In this document: piece by piece, positions 45,120-57,354 of the stretch
Position numbering within the stretch: the first letter of the stretch is position 1
Layout: each line of letters begins with the position of its first letter
Source: Eukaryota sp. TZLM1-RC
Lineage: Eukaryota; Protista; Metamonada: BaSk clade
Assembly (NCBI GenBank): GCA_040285825.1
Contig: JAUPSS010000014.1
Span: 314,337-378,336, forward strand
Direction of reading: 5' to 3'
Length of the DNA stretch: 64,000 bases
Translations under genes and position numbers: made by a program
Notes under the pieces: generated by a model
The model's database searches: none
The model's input: only the letters and a program-made list of their open reading frames with translations
Told to the model about the DNA's origin: nothing

Positions 45120-45510
45120 AAACGCAAACAAAACAAATTAACAAATAACTAGAACTCACTATTCTCAATACACGCACCAACATCATCAAATCTCTTCAGT
45201 GTGTGAGTTTCATACTGTATTCCTTATTGTAACAGTGTTTTGATTATCATTTTGGGAATTGCTTTAAGTATTCTGAAACAATTCTATTGTGCCAGAAATT
45301 AAAGTTCAACTCTTTTCCTGCTCTTTCCTTTATTAAGGATCTGAAACCTTCAAGAAATTCAATACCAGATATTCCAATCTTACCAAAAAGGGAAACAGCA
45401 AATGGAACCAGCTCATATTTTTACATGCTCAACACGCCCAAGCTGAGATAAGGGCTCCTTGTACTTTTTGATTTTGCTCTTTTCAGCAAAGCAAAGTTGA
45501 GTTTCAGCTT
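45120..45510 (-). mobile_element. CRE-like RLE 3' remnant (third family)
   Basis: Manual translation: AEKSKIKKYKEPL..YELVPFAVSLFGKIG..FWHNRIV. Confidence 0.65.
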
Positions 45511-45527
45511 TCTTTCAAAAATAGAGA

Positions 45528-45835
45528 TCTGGTTTTTATTGCTTTCCCATTTTCTATAAACGGAGGACTATGAGCAACAGCAAACTTTTTTGAATGCTTT
45601 CCAAACAATGTTTGAAGAAAGAACAATGAAAAAATTTGATATCTTTTTGTGGCGATCACGAATTCAATTGGCTATCAGCACATAACTTCGCTTCTTTCGT
45701 TGAATTGGAGAATAAAAGCGAGAACACAAGCAGATCAGAACTTTGTGGGGGAAATCTTGATTCTTTTTTTGATCCTTTAGTATTTTAGTCCCATTAGTTC
45801 TGATGTTATTTTACTAAATGTTTTTGTCATAAAAT
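45528..45835 (+). mobile_element. CRE-like family 1 extreme 3' end
   Basis: Matches 12195-12490 (ctggtttttattgctttcccattttc ... gtcccattagtt). Confidence 0.75.
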
Positions 45836-46550
45836 AATACCATAAAGTAACAATTAACTGTTATTCTTGGAAATATCAACAAACATCAGCAGTTTAATTT
45901 GCTCTAACTCTATTGTGTTAATATAAGCATTTTCTTTAAAAAGTTAATATAATTGCAAAGCGAAAATATTCGAAACATTTGATTTCCATAAAAGTATGAT
46001 GATGATTCAACTGTCACCATTTTAACACACCATTGAGGGCAGCACCTCTTATTTTGTGGATAGTAGAGCTTTGAAAACAAAATAAGTCGACTGAATAATT
46101 TGGATATGAATCCGTTTATGAATCACTTGAAAATTACAATTAAACTAAATAATATATTACACTTATTGCTCAACATAACAGTAGTTAAATACTAACGAAG
46201 ACCAGCACCATCATGGAATCTATCCATAAATTCAGTCAATTTTGTTAATTCTGTTGATGAATATTGAGAACAACGACTAAAAGATCTTACAAACTCAGCA
46301 ATATCAATCAAAGAAATATCTTTTTTACCATCCAATACTTACAATTTCGACACGAAAGTTTGTGTATTAAAGTTACTCCATTACACAATCTTTCGTATAA
46401 TTCACTTACCAATAGCCGTCTCACATCTCTTCCACGTCATTGGATTTTTAACCTTGGACAACCTTCAGCTTTCCTTGTTTGCTTCTTCACACTGAAACAA
46501 CAACTGCTTCGACACTCTTCTATTGAAAAGACCTTTTAATCAGTATTTAA
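45836..46550 (-). repeat. Inverted, diverged paralog of the AAA gene 3' end and downstream flank (8730-9222)
   Basis: Reverse complement contains aaaaaagatatttctttgatt...gatggtgctggtcttcgttag and gatatttccaagaataa...tactttatggtattattt. Confidence 0.85.
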
Positions 46551-46554
46551 ATAG

Positions 46555-47300
46555 AATTTTCAAAGCTTTCTTTGGTAGGTTCTTTGAATTTTATGGGTTT
46601 TCGTTGTTTCAAGTTTCCAATTCAGAACAAACAGTTGGCTGGGATCACAATTTACTGATTTGAATCACTGTCATTTTTCGGCAATAATCATAATAATAAA
46701 TAATATTTGTAAATTTTCAGACATTGTGCGATTGATGTTAGTCCACCACCTTACTTTTTGGAATAAGTTTTTTTGGAATAAATTTGGAGATAAACTTTGC
46801 CAACAATACTGTTTGGTGGCTGTTCTATTAAATTATGTATAGATCCATCTTTTGGTGTTGCTCCAATTCAGTTATAGATAAATCAGTCACCTTACCAGTA
46901 AACTGACTTATTGTGATAACAACGTGTTTCCCTATACCATTTCTTATTCTTTTTAATTAGGAATTTTTAGACTCACGTCTCTGATGCTCATGAGTGTAAC
47001 TAAAATGAATATACTTATCTCTTTCAGAGTGTCTTGAATGAGTTAATCCAGTATGAAAATTGACAGATGAATGAAATCAAAATGTTCTATATTCATAGCA
47101 ACAAAGAATATCATCCCTTTGTTGCAACAAAGGGAGAGACAATTTTTCCTAATTCTTTCCAGTTTTTCAAAAGACATGGTTTGTTCCATTTTTTTTAATT
47201 TTTTAATGGTGACCAACTTAACAGAAAGCAAAATGTGCAATTCAATCTTTTCACTATTGTTGTACCACGCTTTTCGATTTCCGGTTGCACACTACAGTAT
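46555..47300 (-). mobile_element. Fanzor1 remnant (same lineage as 56.2 kb)
   Basis: Reverse complement aligns with 56280-56500 (agagataagtatattcatttt..) and 56842-56930 (gtgatcccagccaa..aaattcaaagaacctaccaaa). Confidence 0.75.
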
Positions 47301-47849
47301 GTTCTCAAATGCCAAAAAATGGTTTTGAAAGAGCTTGAAGGTTTAACGGTAGTTGTTTTCCTGCAAGAACTGAATTTCACTTATTGTTATATTGAAGAAA
47401 TTTTATTGTGAAAAACACATTCATTGTGGAAGCTGAACTTGTTATAAACAAAATCAAAGGCGTCTGCTCAAAGGAAAGTGTACAGGCAAAGAAGCACAAT
47501 ATAACAACCAGAATGGGTTATTCCAATTTCCTCATATAGAATGTGGTGGGCAAAAGCATTGAATACACTGTGTAATCATGCTTCTAACTAACTGAAATGA
47601 GAGCAACTGGTTGTTTAAATGGGGTCAAGTAAATCTAATTTTCATCCAGTTAATGAAATTTTTTAACGTGATCAATCTTTTAAAATTTCATTAAAACATC
47701 CACTCCAAATTTAGACAAATTAATTTATTGAAATACTTTTTTATTTTTTATTTATTTTTATTATTTAAATACTGACATCACTAATGATGTACAACAGTGA
47801 TAGTTAAATTATACAATATAGATACACTTCTCAACCCTCACAAAAGCTT

Positions 47850-49091
47850 TCACTCTTGCTCATCATCATTGACTACTTCATCCACCACCTCCTCTACCTT
47901 TTCTTCTTCCTCTTTCTGTTCTCCTTCTTCAGTGACATCATCTGTCTTATTATACAATTGAACTTCCAAGCTCCGGAGCTTTGCCTCCAACAAAGCAATG
48001 GTTCTCTCCTCAGCAGCCAGCATTGAAGCTGTTTGCTCTTCTGTCTTTAATCGTTCATATTGCTCTGCATCAAGGCGTTTTCTGAGTGATTCTATTAATT
48101 GTAGAGGATGGTCATCATTGACATTTTCTTGTTTTTGTGGTTTCTCTTTCAGTAATTCAGATTTAATTGCCTCGATTAAGTCTTCTCTATTAGATAACTG
48201 TTCATCTGTTATCTTTGACTGATTAGGAAACTGATTTGATTGAGTCGACACTTGATTTGATTGAGCAGTCATTTGATTGATGACTGATTGACTATTCCAC
48301 GAACTATGAAAACTTTCCCCTTCATGGCCTTCAAAATTACTAATATCTCCCAATTGATGAACCAGCTCGGTACACTTGGCCCTCGTTTGCTCCAACAACT
48401 CTTCAGTTTTTAACCGTCTGAGTCTTTCCTGTTCCAGATCACGTGATAGCTGGGAAACTTCCTCCTGGTGTTGAGCTCTCTCTTGACTCCATTTGAACAG
48501 GATTTCCTTAAAGACTTCTTCCAACGATTCCTGTTCGGTATCAAGTTCTTCTTGGAAAACTGCCATTTTTTGTTTTAAATGATCATAAGCCTCTATTCTG
48601 GTCTGCACAATGTTGAGAATGACAGAATCACGATCTTGTTCCTTCTCAACATTTTCAGATACATGAACTGCTTCCTCCTTACTCTCCTTTACCTCTTTGA
48701 CTGGAGGCTGTTTGGGAGTCGGAGCAGGCTTTCTCACGGGCTTTTGCGTTGGTTTTGCAGGCTGTTGTTTAGGAGAGACTGTTTTGGTAGGTTCGTTTCT
48801 GGTTCTTGCTTCAGATCTGCTTCGTTTAGGTTTGGAGTCTGTTTGTTTTCTGTGTTTATTGACATATCGAGCAGAGTATCCTTTGCGAGGACTGGGTTGC
48901 CGTGGTTCATTGTTTTGATGAGGGGTTGAGAAAGAAGGAGTTGAGATTGGTGTCGGTTTGGGTTCTTGTGGTGATGGTTCTGGATAAGGGGACTTTTTTG
49001 GTGATTCTCGAACAGGAGAAGGTTGTTGCTGTTGAGACTCACGTTGACGTATAGATTCGTAAGCCATTTCCAGAAGACGGGATGACATCAA
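47850..49091 (-). CDS. Coiled-coil protein of unknown function
   Basis: 413-aa ORF with a P/S/K-rich N-terminus, E/Q-rich heptads and a twice-repeated ERL.(R)LKTEE motif. Confidence 0.7.
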   Translation of the reverse strand: MMSSRLLEMAYESIRQRESQQQQPSPVRESPKKSPYPEPSPQEPKPTPISTPSFSTPHQNNEPRQPSPRKGYSARYVNKHRKQTDSKPKRSRSEARTRNEPTKTVSPKQQPAKPTQKPVRKPAPTPKQPPVKEVKESKEEAVHVSENVEKEQDRDSVILNIVQTRIEAYDHLKQKMAVFQEELDTEQESLEEVFKEILFKWSQERAQHQEEVSQLSRDLEQERLRRLKTEELLEQTRAKCTELVHQLGDISNFEGHEGESFHSSWNSQSVINQMTAQSNQVSTQSNQFPNQSKITDEQLSNREDLIEAIKSELLKEKPQKQENVNDDHPLQLIESLRKRLDAEQYERLKTEEQTASMLAAEERTIALLEAKLRSLEVQLYNKTDDVTEEGEQKEEEEKVEEVVDEVVNDDEQE

Positions 49092-50240
49092 CTTACTATT
49101 GCAGAAAGAAAATGTTACAAATTGAGTAAGTTGTGTTAAGAGGATTTTAAATCAAAACTTTCACTGAAATGAGAACGACTTTCAGAGGCATAATAACCAC
49201 CAAAGATTCTGAACCACATATTAAGACCTTCTACAGGCAAATAAATGGATTGGTTATTACTTTAATGCTGACATGCATGCCTTTGTGAGTATTTTTATCT
49301 TTTCTTACTCTCCTAGCTTGCTTCAGCATGTAGACGTTTATTGAAATTAGTACATAGACAATTCATTCGCAATTGTGTATGCTTTTATCAGTCATCAACA
49401 GGATCATTATGGCAATGTTTGGTTTCATGTAGCCTATTCTAACAAAGTCACATGTTCTGTGGAATTCAACATTACCAAAAGCGTACAATGGGACATGGAC
49501 TTTTCACAGCATTTCTCTCGATTAAGGTTGAAATAACATCAATAGGATCTGATATAGATGATTGTTAAAAGTTTCAACTGGAAATTAAAGAGTTTTGAGT
49601 TTCAATATAATGAAATTGAAGATATTGGACCCAAAGATATTGATGCTATATATGGTGTCGTGAAAATCACCACAATGAAGGCATTCATTTCAATTCACTG
49701 GCACTACTAGTGAAGTCACTACATTATAAATGCCGTCATTAGTGAAGTCAACGATAATGTTTAATGTACTGATTGCCCAGAGTACAGTACCTTATATAAT
49801 GATCACAATTTGTTTTCTCAACAGATTTCAAGACTGAAACTCTGGGATGTATGACATCAACTACTGTGAGTGATTTATGGCTGAAAATGGTTGTCATGAT
49901 GATGTTTTTGGTGGGCGACCTGTTTTGAACTAAAGACCATCTTGTGGTGATACTCTTCATACAGCTTATCATGTCATTTTATTGTATATTTGCTGTCTTG
50001 AAAACACTTGAAAACAATGAAAACACTTCTTCTCGCAGAATTACTATATGATTATCTAAATGTGAAGAAGTGAACTACTATGAACTGAATAGACGATGAG
50101 TCATCAGAAATCACTGTATCTGCCACATTATTATCAAGATTATCAAGAAGATTCGATACATGATTTTATTTCAATTACATTGATTAAATTTAAAGCAAAA
50201 GTAATCCATCACTGTTAATTTTGCCTTCAATGTTGTTTGA

Positions 50241-50468
50241 CTACTTGCTATATCTCTGCTCCATACTTATTTGACTTGTAAACAGAGGTGCCGTGTCTCT
50301 TGGAATTAACTCTGGTCTGTCCAACGGAGTGGTCTTTGGATCAAACCTTGACTCTACTCTGTCCTTCCACTCTCCATCATTGATGCAGGTGGCGAACTGA
50401 CTGGAATCTTGAAAACGTCGAGAAGCTGAACTTGACCGAGGATATCGCATACAGATTGTATTTAGCAA
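50241..50468 (-). CDS. Probable last exon of a small unknown gene
   Basis: GC-richer, protein-like ORF preceded by an acceptor-like tract; no recognised motif. Confidence 0.35.
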   Translation of the reverse strand: MLNTICMRYPRSSSASRRFQDSSQFATCINDGEWKDRVESRFDPKTTPLDRPELIPRDTAPLFTSQISMEQRYSK

Positions 50469-51097
50469 AGATAGGGTTCATTTTTGAGGAGTTCTTTTTC
50501 CCAAAAGTTAGTAAGATATTCTGATTTTCAGACATTATACTGTAATAGTTTGGCATAAATCAAATCTCTAGCTCAATTTCATTCATTTGAATGTTTAATA
50601 TTGACTTGAATTGAACAATGTAACCATCAGAATTATCTCAACATTTCAAATTTACTATTATAGAACACAAAACTTCTCTTTACAAATTATGCGAAGACAA
50701 ACCAGGTCAACTTGTCAGTTTCAGTTTCTGCATCATCTTGAAAACTTTATTATTGGCCTTTGTTAAAAATACAATACTAAAGAAGAAAACTAAAACAATT
50801 GCAGGTAAGTTCATTTATTGAAGAACCTATCCAAAGGTGACTTTAAAAACTACTAGTCTAAATAATAGTTTGTGGTTCAAAGTACAAACAAGTGGAACAA
50901 AAATCTTCAAAAAGTTGGTCCAACTAAAGATCTGTTTGATTAAAAACACAAATCCCACAGCCAAAGCCAATTCTCTGAGCAAAAGGAATTTCACAACACA
51001 AAAATAGCCTAAAACCAAAACAAAATAATTGAAAAGTTTCGAAACAATTTGATAATAAACCTAAATTACTTACACAATTTGATGATAAAACAGAAAC

Positions 51098-52879
51098 TTA
51101 TTTGGATCCGCAACAAAATGCATTACTCAAATCAACAACTCCTTGGCCTTTGAGTAAAGCTATAACCAAGCCGTCAACTACCATATCATCAACTATAGAA
51201 GAATCCCATTCCAAAACAACTTCATTTTCTTCTCTTCTTAACAAAACATTATTGACTCTGTACTGATCATCTGGTAAAATCTCCACTTCCAATGGAAAAC
51301 ATCTTAACAATTCTCCCAAATCAACATCCGGTAATGGTAACCTCATAGTTTGTAATAACGAAACCTGTTCGTATACAGATTCTTGAACCAAGTCTTCCTC
51401 GGCAACGATAGAGTAATCCAAGTCTTGTTGTAGCAACACTCCATCAATCCTTCCACCTCTAGCAGCAGTTTCAGCTAGAGAACCACGAACCAAGGCCACA
51501 GGGTCATGTTTGAATCTGAGTGACAAAGTTTTGGTATTCTTTGGATTATAAATTTGCATTCCAATTTTACCAAACTGTCGGTGTAAATCATTCTTAAATC
51601 TGGCCATCTCAGTAGCTTCGCCATGAACCAAAACCACGTGTCTTGGGTTCGTTTCAGAGAGAAATTCCTTTGTTTGGGAGGAATCAGAATGTGCGGAGAA
51701 TGATATATTAGAAATGACTTCTATATTACGATCCACTTTCCTACCGTCCAACAATTGTACCTGTAATGGGTCTTTTTGCAGTTGTTTTGCCATGGTACCT
51801 TCTACTGAGTAACCTGGTATTATCACCATGCTTTTAGCATCAGTACACCATCGGTCAAAAAGCTCACGTGATGTTCCTGACTGAAGCATACCAGGGGAAG
51901 CCATAACTACACATGGTTTAGAATCATCAAAACCAACAGATTCTCTCAAATATTTAATATGTTTGAAAACAAAAGGGTTTCGGATATCAAATTCCCTTTG
52001 AATTTCGCTATTCATTGAGCTAATGGAAGACCTGAATAGTGGCATACATCGTTGTGCTAGTGAAGATGCATAGTATATAGGAAATTGTTGAAGTTCAGGA
52101 TGTTGATCCCAAAACTCGTCAAGAATTAATAACAATTCTTGAGCTCTTCCTAAAGCAAATACTGGTATCAAACATCTTCCTCCACGTTTCACAGTCTTTG
52201 CAATGTTCCCCGTGAACTGAGCTTCCCTTTCTTCACGAGGTCTGTGTGTGGTGATACCATAAGTAGATTCACATATAACAACATCAGGTTGAATTTGGGG
52301 GATCTCGGCAGCACATAAATGACGATCTTCGTGCCGGGAAAAATCGCCAGTGTAAAGGATTCGGACTCCGGCTATCTCAATCATCCACATACAGGCCCCC
52401 AGTACATGCCCGGCATTGTAACACCAGAAACGAATCCCGTTGAGTTCACTAACTTGATGGTACTGTACAGCTTTTACCCTCTTGAGTGAGGTTTCAAGGT
52501 CTCGTTCTGTGAATAGAGGGGTTTCAGTGGCTTGGCGAAGGAAGTCAGACATGAGCATACGGAAGACAGAACGAGTGGGGTACGTCATGTAGACTGGTCC
52601 TGTGTAGCTTGTTTGTGTGCAAAAGTAAGGGACGGCTCCTATATGGTCTAAATGAAAATGTGATATGAGGACAGCGTCAATTGTAGAAGGATCTATTGCA
52701 TCAAAAAAGGGTAATTGTTCTTCACCAGTTTCACCTGGGTGAATACCACAGTCAAGCATGACTGTGCGACCTTGATAAGAGACAATAATACATGAACGAC
52801 CAACTTCGCTACCTGCACCAAGAGGAGTAATACGTACAAATTCAGAAGCAAGACGTTTTTCAGGATCAGTTTGTGACAT
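51098..52879 (-). CDS. CPSF3: Cleavage and polyadenylation specificity factor 73 kDa endonuclease
   Basis: PLGAGSEVGRSC, MLDCGIHP, SHFHLDH, AGHVLGA, YTGDFSRHEDRHL, ESTYG, PVFALGRAQELLLILDE, ASPGMLQSG, SFSAH, LVHGE. Confidence 0.96.
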   Translation of the reverse strand: MSQTDPEKRLASEFVRITPLGAGSEVGRSCIIVSYQGRTVMLDCGIHPGETGEEQLPFFDAIDPSTIDAVLISHFHLDHIGAVPYFCTQTSYTGPVYMTYPTRSVFRMLMSDFLRQATETPLFTERDLETSLKRVKAVQYHQVSELNGIRFWCYNAGHVLGACMWMIEIAGVRILYTGDFSRHEDRHLCAAEIPQIQPDVVICESTYGITTHRPREEREAQFTGNIAKTVKRGGRCLIPVFALGRAQELLLILDEFWDQHPELQQFPIYYASSLAQRCMPLFRSSISSMNSEIQREFDIRNPFVFKHIKYLRESVGFDDSKPCVVMASPGMLQSGTSRELFDRWCTDAKSMVIIPGYSVEGTMAKQLQKDPLQVQLLDGRKVDRNIEVISNISFSAHSDSSQTKEFLSETNPRHVVLVHGEATEMARFKNDLHRQFGKIGMQIYNPKNTKTLSLRFKHDPVALVRGSLAETAARGGRIDGVLLQQDLDYSIVAEEDLVQESVYEQVSLLQTMRLPLPDVDLGELLRCFPLEVEILPDDQYRVNNVLLRREENEVVLEWDSSIVDDMVVDGLVIALLKGQGVVDLSNAFCCGSK

Positions 52880-53252
52880 TGATTAAAAGGACAAAGCTGT
52901 CAAAATGTTTAGTTGGAGGAATTTGATAAATGAGGGCTTTGCTATAAATTTCACTTATCATGCATTCCCTTGTGAAATTCGCTCCTGTTTTCAACTTTCT
53001 CAGTGTCTACTCACAGGATGTAAGAGACATGTAGCATCATTTGACAATAGGCTATCTCACTTAAATAAACCTACTGCTTTCACAGAACAAAGCCTCGCGA
53101 CTTAATGTATCTAAGTGGATCTACCAAATGCTACTAAGGTATTTGTAGATCGGTCTCAAAACTGTTTCAAAAAAATCAAAAATAAAATAAAAAATCAAAA
53201 TAAAATATCAGTTTTTCAAAAGTTTTTGTTTCTGTATGCTCAGGTTCCCCAC

Positions 53253-55259
53253 TCATGTCCTCAACAGAGCTTCTGGGCAAATGTATCTTTCCGGTCACAA
53301 TTCCGCTTTCTTCTTAATTGGAATATTTTTTGCAGCGGAAATATCTCTGTCATATACTATTTGACACTCAGTACAAATACGCATCTGCCATGAGTCTGCT
53401 TGAATATTCTCGGCCTCGCAACAACAGGAAAGTTTGCTTGTATTAAATTCACTGGTTGACAAGTGCTTCACATCCTTTTGATAACACAACCATTTTTTGA
53501 AAGCCCTTGCTGATCCGTATCGATTGACTTTTCGGCAATGAGAAGGGAAATTAGCAGAACCCACAGCAAGATAGAGTTTATCAGGATGTCCAGCCAGCCT
53601 TTGAAATTTGTTGAGACTCTCTCTTTTCGTCTGCGGTTATCAAATTCTATTATTGTCCATTTCTGGTGATTACTTTCCAAATACACTTTCCTCCTGACCA
53701 AATTCCAATGGTTCAAATATTGGTTGAAATTTTGAACGGAATATTGGTTGGGAGAGTGTTTACTGGGTGAAGGTTGAATTCTAGATGGGTTTTTTATCTC
53801 AATAAACATTTATTTATTAAAAAAAGGTGAAGGTTTTGCCATGTATCTTCTCCCAGTTGGACAAGGGATAACTCCACATTGATTATCATTTAAGAAATAA
53901 CCACATAATCTTGATTGTCCCAGATCAACGCCAATAAGGGACCTTTCAGGTAAAATTTCGACTGTATGTCTACGTCTTCGACGGGGCATTTTTTAGTGCC
54001 CTTCAACTGTGTTTCTCTGGGTTTTTTTTGGCATCAGGGTCACTTTTCATTTCTTTTTTCAATCTTCGTTTCTTTTTCGGTGGTTCATCCAGCTCATTTG
54101 TGTTTTCTGAGTCATTATTTTTACCTTCAAAGGTCAAAAGCAGTTCATTACCATTAGTTTTCAATACAATTTTTTTAAATCTATTTTTCAAATTTTTTCT
54201 GTTGATATTGAATTTTTGGTAAGGACATTGTTTGAATATTCGTTTCAGACATGTATTTTTGATAAACTTTGTTTTGAAAGATGATCCTTCAATAAATGGA
54301 AATATTTTCACAGATTGGAAAACATGTGAAGGTACCTCATGAAATTTAGAGCCTTTATGCGAAGCTAAAGGTATTATCCTAAATTTCTTCCAGCAATGCA
54401 TATAGGAAAAGAAAGTGAGTAAATATTGTGAAATTTTATGATTAAAGAGAAAAAGCTCACCAATTTCCTTTGATGAAAAGGTGATTTTATCATGTTAGGA
54501 CAGTAGGGAGGCAGTGGTAGGAAATCTTTGAAGGAGATTAAAGATAAACTTACTTGCATTTAATAAAAAGCAACTTTCTCTTGAATTATTCAGATTGAAA
54601 TTGATGTAGTGTTCGAGAACAGAATCAACAACTACTTCTACGGGTTGGGCTATGGGTTCATCTGGCAAAATAGAGATAAGATAATTGGCACAGACATTCG
54701 TTTTATTTAGGGCTATACAATGAGCACGATTAAAGTGTTTTGTCCAGGATTGACAAATTTTAGGTAAACTTGTCTTCACGTCAGAGGCCAATTGACGAGC
54801 ACGCACGACAAGCAAGGTAAGGAGAAAGCCCTTTTCTATTAATAAAATTACATTTCTGAGACTGCAGCCAAGCATTGAGAAAAAGATTGAAAGAATTTCT
54901 ATAAGGCACTAAATAATTTTTTTATGAAGAAACAAGAAACCTATCTTGTGGGCATTCAGGAAGAAATCCACTGTTAAAGATATGGAGTAATTGGCTTTGG
55001 CCTTTAGAGGTGCATGGCTTTGGAAAAGAACCAGTGGTGATGACGGTCATAAACAGATACCATACATCTTGTTCCACTAAAGCTCTAGATGCAACGGAAA
55101 ATTTAAAAGAAAAGATTGAAGCAATAAAGAAGCTTCATGACAAGCCTCGGTGACCAAAGGAAGGTCAGTCCGAATTTGTTGCACCGCTGCAAGGGTCAGC
55201 AGCGAGTTAAGTGCACAAGACCGAGTGAATACACGTGAAACAGAGTGGGTGTTTGTCAT
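53253..55259 (-). mobile_element. Fanzor1 (TnpB-like) pseudogene, lineage C, ~2 kb full-length but frameshifted
   Basis: ATG 55259 (VFTRSCALNSLL..), LSPYLACR/ARQLASDVKTSL, LKTNG, RuvC-I LIGVDLG (D at 53924-53926), AVGSA, RuvC-II SEFNTSKLSCCC, C..C finger, RuvC-III YDRDISAAKNI, tail CPEALLRT*. Confidence 0.82.
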
Positions 55260-55492
55260 GTAGTGAGAATAAACAGCTCATCTATCAAATTTTACACTTG
55301 TCACCCCATTTTCGACTTCTTGTTGCCTGTTCTGGGAGGTTTTTAACCCTTAACTTGGTTTTGGGAGGTTTTCACTATTCCCACACTTTCCCCTCACTTC
55401 ATAAATTAGGTTCTTATTTCCCTCACTCAACTTCTTTTTCGAGCTTTAGGACTCCCCTGTAATCTTTCAACTTCTTTCTATTACTCCCTCAG

Positions 55493-55826
55493 TTCATGCC
55501 CCACTACTGACCCTCCACAAACTGTAACTTATGCTGCTCTACCACCGACGCCTCAACCGGTACAGTCCATGTACACACCTCCTGCTCCTCGCTCATCCGG
55601 TAATCATACCAGGAAAACTGTCCATGAAAGCTCTGATTGGAAGTTAAACAAAACTGTTAGTCATTCATCAAACAAAAACGCTTCTGTCCCTAGCGTTTCA
55701 CTTGGTTTGAAGCTTTCTAATGGCATCTCGAAGGAAAATGTTAACATTGAGCTAAACGAACGAGAGCTGGAAGCCCTTTTCAATACTGTTGAAGATATCT
55801 CTGTTCATTTAGACAATCTGTATTAA
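55493..55826 (+). CDS. COMM-domain (COMMD family) protein, 3' exon; upstream structure unresolved
   Basis: SDWKLNKTVSHSS....VPSVSLGLKL..G....VNIELNERELEALFNTVEDISVHLD matches the COMM domain pattern. Confidence 0.7.
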
Positions 55827-56099
55827 AATAAGTTATTTTGTAAATAAATAGTTGATGTTTTTGTTGTTTATTTGAACATTATTGGCACGTTATTATGCTA
55901 AGAAGCTCCTGAACTGTGTGTTCTAGGTTTGCTGTGTTTTATGTCTACACCATGATTGTCTTGAACAATTCTATTGAACAATTTCTATAAGAATAAAAGA
56001 TAACAATTCAACTGCAACATGATAATAATGAAATAAAACAATGTATTGCACAGTAAGAACACCAAACTTTATTCTGTAGATACCAAATACATCATGACT

Positions 56100-57352
56100 A
56101 GCATCTAGACTGATTGAGTAGCAGTTTCGTTCATTCAATCTAGAATGGTCTTGAAACGATATGAGGTAGCTGAAAAGAAATCAAAGAAGAAGACAAATCG
56201 ATGACCATGATCTCGAATCTTCTCAATTTCAAGATATGAACCTTGCTGCTGCTGATCCAGGGAAATCTGATCTACTCTATTTTTCTGCAAATTTAGCTAC
56301 TGGAATGACTTATTCAAAAAGGCTTGAGAGAGATAAATATGTTCATTTCAAATACACTCAAAATCAACGAAGAGTCGAAAAGTTCCAAATTCAACAGAAT
56401 AAGAAACAGCATACGGAATGACACTCTTATCACATTAAGTAAATTTACTGATAAAGTGATTGATCTATCCAATTATGAACTATCAGAAGAGCAACAACAA
56501 AGAATGGCTTTAAGCAGTATAATTAATCGAATGATTGAAAGAACAATTAGTTTATTAACATGAAAAGTACTTCAAGAAATCAATATTCCCCACAAAATTG
56601 AACACTCATAAAACCTGGGTAATAACAATCAAGCGACTAATTCTGTAGCAGAATGGGAAGCAATTTTATTCCAATTCCCTTCACAAAACTGAAGATTTGA
56701 GAGAGTTATAGAACAGAAACATTTACGAATAACATCATTGCTGAGGTCTAGCATCAAAAACATCAAAAATATTTAGGAAAGTAAGATGATGGGCTGAGAT
56801 TAATCGCACAAGATCTGAGGCGAAGATGATTCAGAGATTTAAATCAGTAATTGGTGATCCCAGCCAAGTAGTTATTGGAATCGGAGACTGGGAACAACGA
56901 AAACACAAGAAATTCAAAGAACCTACCAAAAGAAAAGGACTGAGAATTTTATTTAGAAAGGATAGTTATAGGGTCTTTTGAATTGATCAGTTTTGAACCA
57001 GGTGTTGTTGTTTCAACAGTAAAAAGCAGAGAAAACAGTTGAAACATTCCGATGGTGCAGAAATCCTAGGCCATGGAAGAGACATGAGATGTCTATTCGT
57101 CACGGGCTTACCATGTGTAAATCATGCGAAAGTTTGTGGAATAGAGATCGAAATGCTTCGCTGATTACGTTGGCAGTAATGGAAGCACATGTAAAAGGTG
57201 GAGATAGTCTGGAATACCTACAAAGAGCCAAGGTTGATGAATGTTCAAAGAAAATGGTATCAAGGACAAAATCGTCCACTTCTCAAAAACTCAGTCCCTC
57301 TAAATTGGTGCAAAAAGGACACTTATTTCATTGTTATAGACATCATCTGTAA
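56100..57352 (+). mobile_element. Fanzor1 (TnpB-like) pseudogene, lineage B, 5'-truncated
   Basis: RuvC-I AADPGKSDLL, FKYTQNQRR, EINRTRSEAKMIQRFKSVIGDPSQVVIGIGDWEQRKHKKFKEPTKRKGLR, IDQF (E>Q), NPRPW..RHGLTMCKSC, RuvC-III WNRDRNAS. Confidence 0.88.
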
Positions 57353-57354
57353 GA

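Noticed and set aside
49150-49900. LRR-like peptide (LSFNIMKL/NEIEDIGPK) on the plus strand
   Set aside because: Too fragmented to define boundaries; at most a decayed LRR gene.
52995-53045. Minus-strand C/D-box-like motifs (ATGATG...CTGA) as a snoRNA
   Set aside because: Imperfect C box, no terminal stem and no identifiable rRNA complement; the plus strand looks more like exon/intron sequence.
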